Virus record (IMG/VR): IMGVR_UViG_3300027710_000025
Location: 7,314-71,313 of that record
From: a virus
DNA: 64,000 nt
Strand: one strand, 5' to 3'
Positions 1 through 6,784 of the stretch are shown piece by piece. Under the pieces are notes generated by a model. It saw only the letters and a list, made by a program, of their open reading frames with translations, had not been told where the DNA came from and made no database searches. The translations under genes were made by a program, and so were the position numbers. Position 1 is the first letter of the stretch. The number at the start of each line of letters is the position of its first letter.

Positions 1-1
1 C

Positions 2-475
2 TTTAGGGAAGCACTCTGCAACCTCAGCCGCTGACATATCACTGTATTCGTAGTAGGAATCGATACCGTCTTCCCAAATGCCAGCAAAGCACATACCGGG
101 CTCATAGTAGTAGAGCTTGACTGTAAAGCCCAGCTCAGTCAATCGCTCCATTGCTGTGATAGGAGGAGCCCAGGCACTGTCAAAGCCCGCGATCATCTTG
201 CCGTCTTCTGTGATAGTAGGAGTACCGTAGTCATCTCCGCCCACATCCCACTTGGTGCCCCAATTGGCTACACAGAAGTCATACCAAGAACTGTATCCAT
301 ACTTCTCCACCAGTAGGGCATTGGTTTCAAAGTTAGCAGTGGCCTCGCTGAGCTCTTTGGGCACTGGAATGAATTCGTGTAGGAACTCTCCGCGAATCAT
401 AGCGGCTTTGGCACGCTCGATCATTGCTGGGTCTTCGTGCTGGAGCTCCAGCGTATTGTTACACCAATTAGGCAT
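2..475 (-). CDS. DUF1281/Api92(YubB)-like ferredoxin-fold protein, runs off the window edge
   Basis: Translated by eye: MPNWCNNTLEL...WYDFCVANWGTKWD...FDSAWAPP...YYEPGMCFAG, the motifs typical of this family. Confidence 0.7.
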   Translation of the reverse strand, partial: MPNWCNNTLELQHEDPAMIERAKAAMIRGEFLHEFIPVPKELSEATANFETNALLVEKYGYSSWYDFCVANWGTKWDVGGDDYGTPTITEDGKMIAGFDSAWAPPITAMERLTELGFTVKLYYYEPGMCFAGIWEDGIDSYYEYSDMSAAEVAECFPK

Positions 476-650
476 TTTCCATCTCCTTGCGTTGAGCCAC
501 TTCGGCAATCAGTTCTGCGTCAGTGAAATTGTGATAACCTTTGAAGCCGTGCCCTAAGTAACTGTCTAACAGTTCAGGACCATTGGCACATTCCATGATG
601 TAGCGGAAGTCGCTGTCAATCAGGAAGTCAACCATTTCTTCTCTATCCAT
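468..650 (-). CDS. hypothetical early protein (60 aa)
   Basis: ATG at 650 preceded by AAGGAGC SD and a sigma70 promoter. Confidence 0.7.
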   Translation of the reverse strand: MDREEMVDFLIDSDFRYIMECANGPELLDSYLGHGFKGYHNFTDAELIAEVAQRKEMENA

Positions 651-675
651 ATCAGCTCCTTGTTGCGATGTATGT

Positions 676-704
676 ATTATGACAGGGAACAGTGTCCCTG
701 TCAA
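676..704 (-). promoter_or_regulatory. sigma70 early promoter
   Basis: TTGACA-17-CATAAT; spacer contains inverted repeat GACAGGGA..TCCCTGTC. Confidence 0.75.
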
Positions 705-708
705 CCGC

Positions 709-975
709 TTAGATAGCCTCGTCGTATTCGTAGAACTTGACCTTAGGGTCCAACGCCTTCAGTTGGATGGCGGCAGTCATCAACTCCTTGTAGCGGCGGT
801 TGACTTCTGCACGGGGCAGTTCGCCATCGCAAGTAAGGTTCTCTGGGCTTAGAGCCGCATCAATCATATCTGCGACACGCTGACGACCTTTGGCAGTTTG
901 AATCTCATACTGCTCGCCTTTGAAGAATGAATTCCAGTGATTCTTCTGCTCAATGAACTTTGCTAGTGCTTTCAT
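709..975 (-). CDS. hypothetical early protein (88 aa)
   Basis: MKALAKF start after AAGGAGC SD. Confidence 0.75.
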   Translation of the reverse strand: MKALAKFIEQKNHWNSFFKGEQYEIQTAKGRQRVADMIDAALSPENLTCDGELPRAEVNRRYKELMTAAIQLKALDPKVKFYEYDEAI

Positions 976-1002
976 ACAGTGCTCCTTAGTGTGTAAGTGT
1001 GT

Positions 1003-1031
1003 ATTATAGCAGGAAAACAGGGGATTGTCAA
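1003..1031 (-). promoter_or_regulatory. sigma70 early promoter
   Basis: perfect TTGACA-17-TATAAT. Confidence 0.85.
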
Positions 1032-1039
1032 CTACCCGT

Positions 1040-1213
1040 CGATCCGTCTTCGACGTTCGGTGTGTCAAACATTACGCCCTAGTGCCCCGTCAGCAACTCG
1101 TGTAAACTTTCGTTTACAACTGCCTTCATGCCCCACAGCAACCTGTCCCCGTCGGAACCTTTCGCTTGCTGTGGGCCCTAACGGACTAGGTAACCCTGTT
1201 TATTTCTTGCTAT
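1040..1213 (-). ncRNA. candidate structured ncRNA, family unknown
   Basis: Own perfect promoter (1220-1248), no SD-led ORF, nested helices: AAACA/UGUUU, CCUAGU/ACUAGG, CCGUUAG/CUGACGG, CCCACAGCAA/UUGCUGUGGG, UGUAAAC-GAAA-GUUUACA. Confidence 0.65.
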
Positions 1214-1219
1214 GTGTCT

Positions 1220-1248
1220 ATTATAATAGGTTTTACCACTCTTGTCAA
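1220..1248 (-). promoter_or_regulatory. sigma70 promoter with TGGTAAAACC spacer box
   Basis: TTGACA-17-TATAAT. Confidence 0.85.
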
Positions 1249-1472
1249 CCAAGTGCTTTGTATAACCCTATGAGCGTTATGGTTACTCCTGTAACGTTAA
1301 CAATGGTCTGTTGTTTATTTGCCACACGCAAACTCCACACCAAGAACAGTGCTCCGCCCATGCATCCGGCAATTAATTGTACAGTGTGCAGTTCTTTAAA
1401 GAAACTCATCGTGGTGTACATGACCATGAAGCAGGCAGTCCCTGCCCACTGTAGTACTTCATTCAACTTCAT
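1245..1472 (-). CDS. small membrane protein (3 hydrophobic segments)
   Basis: 75-aa ORF, ATGA-coupled to the upstream gene. Confidence 0.7.
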   Translation of the reverse strand: MKLNEVLQWAGTACFMVMYTTMSFFKELHTVQLIAGCMGGALFLVWSLRVANKQQTIVNVTGVTITLIGLYKALG

Positions 1473-1843
1473 ACTTCAACACCCTCACGCTCAATAGCTT
1501 CGTTCAACTCTGCGAACTTTCTGTATACACGATAGACCTCTGCTTTGGCTTCTGCCATTGCTTCAAAGATCATGTCCTCTGCCGTACCGTCTTTGAGGCA
1601 CTCCCGTGCATCTTCGTACAGGCAACCACCAAGGTAGGCACTGCCCAACTCAACACCTTCTGCCAGTACACGTACACGCAGCATGAACCAATCGTATGTG
1701 TAGTCGTTGATCTTCTGCAGAATCTCTGCAATGTCTGACTCTTCGAACTGGCCACGTGGGTCCAAGTCCTCATATGTCTTGTCCACAATGATCTCGTAGC
1801 CTTCACGCTCGTATGTTGCCAGGGTATCGTAGTCTCTTTGCAT
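1469..1843 (-). CDS. hypothetical acidic protein
   Basis: 124-aa ORF with AAGGA SD. Confidence 0.75.
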   Translation of the reverse strand: MQRDYDTLATYEREGYEIIVDKTYEDLDPRGQFEESDIAEILQKINDYTYDWFMLRVRVLAEGVELGSAYLGGCLYEDARECLKDGTAEDMIFEAMAEAKAEVYRVYRKFAELNEAIEREGVEV

Positions 1844-1852
1844 GTTCAGTCC

Positions 1853-1999
1853 TTATCGTGTTGCAGGTTTAACAATGATGTCGCAGGGGTAGCCATCGTG
1901 TTCGATCAGCCCTTTGCGTACATACCACAGCTCACAATTGCTGTCATAGAATACAGTGTCAATGACTTTGCCGTTGCGTATAACATCCCATGCTTTCAT
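1853..1999 (-). CDS. hypothetical protein (48 aa, MKAWDVIRNGKVIDTVFY...)
   Basis: Below the ORF-track cutoff; AAGGAGC SD and own promoter. Confidence 0.7.
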   Translation of the reverse strand: MKAWDVIRNGKVIDTVFYDSNCELWYVRKGLIEHDGYPCDIIVKPATR

Positions 2000-2024
2000 A
2001 TCAGCTCCTTGTTAGTGTAAGTGT

Positions 2025-2053
2025 ATTATAACACTGAACAGCCTCAGTGTCAA
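2025..2053 (-). promoter_or_regulatory. sigma70 early promoter
   Basis: TTGACA-17-TATAAT; spacer inverted repeat ACACTGA..TCAGTGT. Confidence 0.85.
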
Positions 2054-2106
2054 CCCCTGCGAAGTGCCCGGGCGAGTTGCGGGGCCTAGTGGCAGGGATT
2101 GGCACT

Positions 2107-2319
2107 TCAGCAATCTGGGTCAAAGTCAGCCCACTCAGTGGCTTCGTCTACATCGTATTCGTCTTCATTATCGTCCTCACCGATCAACAGATCGTTTGCA
2201 AGGCACATGTCTTTGACATCGTCCTCGCTCATGTAGGCCAATGCCATCTCAGCCACTGCCTCTGCAGAGATCAAACCCTCGTCCATCATTGCGATCAGCT
2301 TTGAAGTGTATTCACGCAT
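2107..2319 (-). CDS. very acidic small protein ending EWADFDPDC
   Basis: 70-aa ORF, AAGGAGC SD, own promoter. Confidence 0.75.
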   Translation of the reverse strand: MREYTSKLIAMMDEGLISAEAVAEMALAYMSEDDVKDMCLANDLLIGEDDNEDEYDVDEATEWADFDPDC

Positions 2320-2344
2320 ATCAGCTCCTTGTTAACATGTATGT

Positions 2345-2373
2345 ATTATAACACGGTTTTACCACAATGTCAA
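2345..2373 (-). promoter_or_regulatory. sigma70 promoter with TGGTAAAACC box
   Basis: TTGACA-17-TATAAT, upstream hairpin AGACCC-GAAA-GGGTCT. Confidence 0.85.
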
Positions 2374-2397
2374 CCAAAGACCCTTTCGGGTCTAGGG

Positions 2398-2670
2398 TTA
2401 AGCCGTTTCCAGCATGTTAGCAGGCACTCTCCACAAGCCCTGACCAGTGCGGACTGTGACATACTTAATAGCAATCTTGTCCACAGTGCCCTGATAGGTC
2501 ATGCCGTTCTTAGTACTAGTGAACTTCACAGCGGCACCCAGGCGAAGCGATCGTTTGGTTTGATCAGTAAGGCGTGCCCGGGCAAACTTCACAGCATCAA
2601 TGATTGAGCTGAGTTGTTCGTTAGTGAACTGGCCTGCGAGGATCTCTGCGTTAACAGTTTGAATAGACAT
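2398..2670 (-). CDS. hypothetical protein, possible SH3-like C-terminus
   Basis: 90-aa ORF, AAGGAGC SD. Confidence 0.75.
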   Translation of the reverse strand: MSIQTVNAEILAGQFTNEQLSSIIDAVKFARARLTDQTKRSLRLGAAVKFTSTKNGMTYQGTVDKIAIKYVTVRTGQGLWRVPANMLETA

Positions 2671-2696
2671 CGTTGCTCCTTAGTGTGTAAGCCTTA

Positions 2697-2725
2697 ATTA
2701 TAGCTGGTTTTACCAACCTTGTCAA
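2697..2725 (-). promoter_or_regulatory. sigma70 promoter with TGGTAAAACCA box
   Basis: TTGACA-17-TATAAT. Confidence 0.85.
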
Positions 2726-2871
2726 CCAATGACCCTACTCATCATAGGGTTACTGCGAACCACCTTACGCCAATCCCACAGTGCTTGAACATAGGCACGG
2801 CGGCTCTGTGTAAACTTGGGATCTCGCTTTGCGGCCCAAATGACAAAGTTCATTCGTTCTACATTAGTCAT
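2722..2871 (-). CDS. hypothetical protein (49 aa)
   Basis: TGATG coupling to the upstream ORF. Confidence 0.55.
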   Translation of the reverse strand: MTNVERMNFVIWAAKRDPKFTQSRRAYVQALWDWRKVVRSNPMMSRVIG

Positions 2872-3152
2872 CACATGCTCCAATAGAGTTCGCTTGAAGG
2901 ATCGCAACTGCGGGGAGTGTCATACGGGATCACAACATCAGCCCCAGTCATCAAGTTCTTGACCGTCTTCATCGCAGGGAACCACTCGAAGCGGAAGCCG
3001 TCTTCTGGCCTGTACAAGTCAAACATGTCTGCCACAGTTCGACGCATACCGTTGTCGTCAGTTGCTGTCCAAACTGTAGTTGAGTATAGTCGTTCGCCAG
3101 TCTTACGACGACGATCTGCTTTATAGATATACAGTGTGTAATCTTGTTTCAT
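2871..3152 (-). CDS. hypothetical protein ending DPSSELYWSM
   Basis: 93-aa ORF with GAGGAG SD. Confidence 0.75.
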   Translation of the reverse strand: MKQDYTLYIYKADRRRKTGERLYSTTVWTATDDNGMRRTVADMFDLYRPEDGFRFEWFPAMKTVKNLMTGADVVIPYDTPRSCDPSSELYWSM

Positions 3153-3153
3153 A

Positions 3154-3492
3154 TCAATCTCCTCTAATGTCGCTGTTCAAAGCGGGTTGCAGTTCGCGTC
3201 GTATACGCACTTCTTCTTTGTGTGCAGGGGCCTTGCCGCGTACAACTGCCAGCACACGAACAACGATCTCGCCCTTGTCGTTGAGTTCACGAAGTGCTTC
3301 GCACAAGAGCCAGTCCTTGCCTTCTGTCTTAGCACGATAGAAGTGCTTTGCGGCACGTGTCTTTGCGGACTTCAATGCAGTGCTCTCTGTCTTTGCAGTG
3401 ACGCCAACGTAGGTCAAGCCGTTAACGTTAAGCTCATAGATCACATGATTGCGATCTGCTCTCTTTTTGCGATGTGTAAGTGTCTGTGTCAT
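3154..3492 (-). CDS. GIY-YIG-like nuclease-fold protein, probably leaderless
   Basis: VIY...YVG motif and late E...N; ATG lies at the predicted +1 of promoter 3499-3527. Confidence 0.6.
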   Translation of the reverse strand: MTQTLTHRKKRADRNHVIYELNVNGLTYVGVTAKTESTALKSAKTRAAKHFYRAKTEGKDWLLCEALRELNDKGEIVVRVLAVVRGKAPAHKEEVRIRRELQPALNSDIRGD

Positions 3493-3498
3493 GTATGT

Positions 3499-3527
3499 AT
3501 TATAACAAGGTTTTACCACTCTGTCAA
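3499..3527 (-). promoter_or_regulatory. sigma70 promoter with TGGTAAAACC box
   Basis: TTGACA-17-TATAAT, upstream hairpin AAAGGCCCTA..TAGGGTCTTT. Confidence 0.85.
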
Positions 3528-3568
3528 CCAAAGACCCTACAGTGCATAGGGCCTTTGATTATATAATA

Positions 3569-3712
3569 TTAATCTTCTATATAATAATCGTATGCACTAG
3601 CTAATGCATTAAATGCATCCTGTATGTCGACATTATCCTCATAATCCTCCATGATAATGTCTTGCATTTGCAACATTAAACTAGTAAGTTTCTCTTTAGT
3701 AGTTTCTGACAT
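3569..3712 (-). CDS. small acidic hypothetical protein (47 aa)
   Basis: MSETTKEKL..., AAGGAGC SD. Confidence 0.6.
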   Translation of the reverse strand: MSETTKEKLTSLMLQMQDIIMEDYEDNVDIQDAFNALASAYDYYIED

Positions 3713-3728
3713 AATAGCTCCTTATTAA

Positions 3729-3992
3729 TTAAACAAACTCTACATAATCTGTACGCATAGTCTTTTTAGCTTGTGCTATAATGCGTTCTTTATCTGCTTG
3801 CAGTGTCTCGTAACTAATATCTCCGCTAACATAAGCACATTGTTTTTGTGTAGGGAATATGTGTACAATATCCCCATTATCTTTTTCTTTAATATGCACA
3901 TTAAAAGCAAAGATAATCTTGTAAGTTTCTTTGTCTTTATAATAGATAATTTTAGCTTTTGCAGTGTTTGCAGTATAAACAGCTTTAGACAT
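3729..3992 (-). CDS. hypothetical protein (87 aa), AT-rich
   Basis: MSKAVY start after AAGGAGC SD and promoter. Confidence 0.7.
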   Translation of the reverse strand: MSKAVYTANTAKAKIIYYKDKETYKIIFAFNVHIKEKDNGDIVHIFPTQKQCAYVSGDISYETLQADKERIIAQAKKTMRTDYVEFV

Positions 3993-4016
3993 AGAGCTCC
4001 TTGTTAACATGTGTGT

Positions 4017-4045
4017 ATTATAGCAAGGTTTTACCACTTTGTCAA
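4017..4045 (-). promoter_or_regulatory. sigma70 promoter with TGGTAAAACC box
   Basis: TTGACA-17-TATAAT. Confidence 0.85.
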
Positions 4046-4090
4046 TAACTTTCTTTTTGTAGGGTCTTTCGTTGCGTATCAGCCACACAA

Positions 4091-4336
4091 GAGAAAGCCC
4101 TGGGCCAAATACCTCCCAGGGCCTCCTCAGTACATGCTGGGGCAGGTCTCCCCACATGTCCCCATCCAGTTATTCCTGGGATTTCTCCCGAGCCCTAACA
4201 CGCTTACTGCACGGTTCTGGATTCTCAGCAGTTGCGGCAGTCTACGACCTAGACCTCACCGTACCTACACAGTGCTCCCAGCCAGTAAGAACCTGCACCA
4301 GTTAATACGATTACCCTGCTGTTCTAGGGTTTAAAT
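4091..4336 (-). ncRNA. candidate structured ncRNA co-transcribed behind the tRNA
   Basis: GC-rich, no credible ORF, several helices, ends in hairpin GGCCCUGGG/CCCAGGGCU followed by UUCUCUU. Confidence 0.5.
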
Positions 4337-4414
<78 letters not shown>

Positions 4415-4426
4415 TGTCTATATGTA

Positions 4427-4455
4427 ATTATACAGTCACTTGCCTAAACTTGCAA
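4427..4455 (-). promoter_or_regulatory. sigma70 promoter of the tRNA
   Basis: TTGCAA-17-TATAAT. Confidence 0.7.
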
Positions 4456-5179
4456 CCGGAAAGTACTGCCAGTCTGATAACAGCACGGGAGTTAGATCCA
4501 TCTTTGAGCGGCGGATGAACCACTTGTCACGATGCAGATCCAGGCCGTCCACTAGGTTAGCAAAGCAGCTATCAATTAGATACAGCGACTCTGCACCTTC
4601 TATGACCTTTAGCCAGTCTACAGCATTATCAGTGAGCCCTTCTTGTATGTGTACTACTTGATAGCCCTGCTGTTCAGCATCTGACCAGTCTAGGTTCAAA
4701 CTCTTGTCTGATCCTGCTGTGTGTACAACTATATACTTTGGGTTCTGGACTACTCTGTTATACAGTGATTCTTCTACAACGGGGTCACGTGTAATGCACT
4801 CAGCCAGCCTCTGTTTATGCTTGAAAGGCACCCCCGCCACTGCATACTTGTATTGATCAAACTTCAGTATGGGGAATAGGTCCGGATCTGATAGTTCGGG
4901 CATGTTGCTGAGGAACTGATACAAGCATACGATCTCATCGCACTCTCGGTACTTGAGATTGTTCATAGCATGGAAGTAAAAGAAGCTTCCATCCCGTGTT
5001 GTCTTAAGTGGGATCCAAGTTACCCAGGGAGCACACTGAGTCATTGTTGGGATAAACTCTTCACAGATGGGCCAGAGTACCTCATCATAACCATTTTCCT
5101 TATAGTGTAAGGCAATGGGTAACGCGATGAATAGGTCTCCCAATCCTCGGCTCTGTATAATACCAATTCGTTTAGTCAT
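4436..5179 (-). CDS. GT9/heptosyltransferase-like glycosyltransferase
   Basis: N-terminal RGLGDLFIALP and C-terminal IDSCFANL motifs. Confidence 0.6.
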   Translation of the reverse strand: MTKRIGIIQSRGLGDLFIALPIALHYKENGYDEVLWPICEEFIPTMTQCAPWVTWIPLKTTRDGSFFYFHAMNNLKYRECDEIVCLYQFLSNMPELSDPDLFPILKFDQYKYAVAGVPFKHKQRLAECITRDPVVEESLYNRVVQNPKYIVVHTAGSDKSLNLDWSDAEQQGYQVVHIQEGLTDNAVDWLKVIEGAESLYLIDSCFANLVDGLDLHRDKWFIRRSKMDLTPVLLSDWQYFPVASLGK

Positions 5180-5227
5180 TAGTTCAATCTATTACAACGG
5201 GGTCTTACTGTATATACACAGTGTTGA

Positions 5228-5353
5228 TTACTTGCTGGTGTTACGCATGATCTGCTCTAGTACACGATCACGATCACGCTGCTTATATGCATGTGACTTA
5301 TAGAAGAACACTGCAAAGAAGCCTATGAAGAAGCTCTTAAGTATCTGGCCCAT
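5228..5353 (-). CDS. small protein with hydrophobic N-terminus (41 aa)
   Basis: GAAAGGA SD, promoter at 5392-5420. Confidence 0.5.
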   Translation of the reverse strand: MGQILKSFFIGFFAVFFYKSHAYKQRDRDRVLEQIMRNTSK

Positions 5354-5391
5354 TGTGTTATCCTTTCAAATCTACTTAGTGTATATAGTAT

Positions 5392-5420
5392 ATTATACAA
5401 CGGGGTCTTGGTTTTGTCAA
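5392..5420 (-). promoter_or_regulatory. sigma70 promoter
   Basis: TTGACA-17-TATAAT with the GACCCCGTTG repeat in the spacer. Confidence 0.8.
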
Positions 5421-5853
5421 GAGAATAGTGGTGCAACTGTGGGCATACCGTGGCAGAACCGCAACAGATCGGTGGCAGATCGGTGGTGAAATGGTGAAGA
5501 AATGGTCTGCTTTTGATGCCTTTTTGGTGATTTTCAGGCGGAAAACTATGGTTTTTCCACGGTGATTTAAGCTAGAATTTTTTAGAATGGTGTTGGGGAT
5601 GAGAGGTATAGCTAGAATGGTGCCAACCCATATTTCATCATATTCTTACTGTAGTCCACCTTGCCCCACCTTAGCCACTGCCATCCACTACTCTCTAATA
5701 GAACCCCCACAGTTCTTCCATCGGCCTTTACAACGGGGTCTAGTGTGTATATACTATAGTTGTTATATAGAGTATTCAAGTAGTTGCCAGTGACTAGATC
5801 AGTGTCTTATACACAGTCAGTTATACACTTAATTTACTTAAATATCTGTATAT

Positions 5854-6072
5854 ATGAACAAAGCACAGTTTCAAAAAGAGTTGTTAGCTTATACGCATAG
5901 TCTTTTAATACAGAGTCAATATGCGGATGCTGAACGCTCACAACAGTTATGCTATCAAATGGGCGTTCTTTTGAGTATGTTAACTGACCTAGCTGATGCT
6001 GACTCATACAACTATAAACGGATCTTATACACAGTGTATCCGGAACTTAGACCTCCTGCCAAGCGAGGTTGA
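5854..6072 (+). CDS. hypothetical protein
   Basis: 72-aa ORF downstream of TAAATA. Confidence 0.6.
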   Translation: MNKAQFQKELLAYTHSLLIQSQYADAERSQQLCYQMGVLLSMLTDLADADSYNYKRILYTVYPELRPPAKRG

Positions 6073-6103
6073 TAACTATGAGTTCTTATTGAGAGAACTA
6101 TAT

Positions 6104-6784
6104 ATGAATTTTGTTTTTGATGTTGACGGTACACTGACACCTAGTAGAGCACAGATGGATCCTGAGTTTAAGCAGTGGTTTAAGAATTGGATTAGACACC
6201 GGCCCGTGTATCTGGTCACTGGATCTGATTACGCTAAAACACTGGAACAGGTTGGTCGTGATCTTTGTGAATCAGTAACGGGTGTATATAACTGTGCTGC
6301 CAATCAACTGCATCGAAGTGGTGTTCAAGAGTATTCACAAGAGTTTACCTTATTACCCGAACAGAGAGGGTTCTTAGAAGGCCTATTGGCTGGATCACAA
6401 TGGCCCATACGCACTGGCAATCACATAGAAGATCGAGGTGCTTTGGTTAACTTCAGCACAGTGGGTCGTGGTGCTGATTCGGCACAAAGGGCATTGTATT
6501 CAGCTTGGGATCGTTCTGTACAAGAACGCAGACGTTTAGCAGTGTTAATTGAAACTCGTTATCCCGAACTGAGTGCTACAGTAGCGGGTGAAACGGGCAT
6601 TGACATATACCCACAGGGCCGGGACAAGAGCCAGATCTGTACAGATATTCGGGGCATTGTGTTCTTCGGGGATCAGACACAACCGGGTGGTAATGACTAC
6701 ACTATCAGTCAGCAGGCCCAAACAGTTCACACTGTCTCTTCGTGGTCTGATACTTGGGATATACTTCGAACCCAATATGCCTAA
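6104..6784 (+). CDS. HAD-IIB phosphomannomutase (eukaryotic PMM-like)
   Basis: FDVDGTLT, VTGSD, IEDRGALVNFS, GRDKS, FFGDQTQPGGNDY motifs. Confidence 0.85.
   Translation: MNFVFDVDGTLTPSRAQMDPEFKQWFKNWIRHRPVYLVTGSDYAKTLEQVGRDLCESVTGVYNCAANQLHRSGVQEYSQEFTLLPEQRGFLEGLLAGSQWPIRTGNHIEDRGALVNFSTVGRGADSAQRALYSAWDRSVQERRRLAVLIETRYPELSATVAGETGIDIYPQGRDKSQICTDIRGIVFFGDQTQPGGNDYTISQQAQTVHTVSSWSDTWDILRTQYA

Larger units (their letters stand above)
4775..5741 (+). repeat. four dispersed direct copies of TACAACGGGGTC
   Basis: copies start at 4775, 5193, 5396 and 5729. Confidence 0.85.

Noticed and set aside
1040-1213. ncRNA candidate as hammerhead, SRP, 6S or c-di-GMP riboswitch
   Set aside because: Diagnostic cores (CUGANGA with GAAA, SRP helix-8 loop, GEMM motifs) not found in the required arrangement by eye
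650-4045. Repeated intergenic sequences as a CRISPR array
   Set aside because: Repeats are degenerate promoters separated by whole genes, not constant repeats with 30-40 nt spacers; no cas genes seen
252-4334. Plus-strand ORFs across the early region (e.g. 997-1497, 3187-3549, 4011-4334)
   Set aside because: Antisense shadows of minus-strand genes, promoters and RNAs; no SD and implausible composition
5587-5793. 68-aa ORF in the divergence region
   Set aside because: No SD, low-complexity skewed sequence, implausible protein
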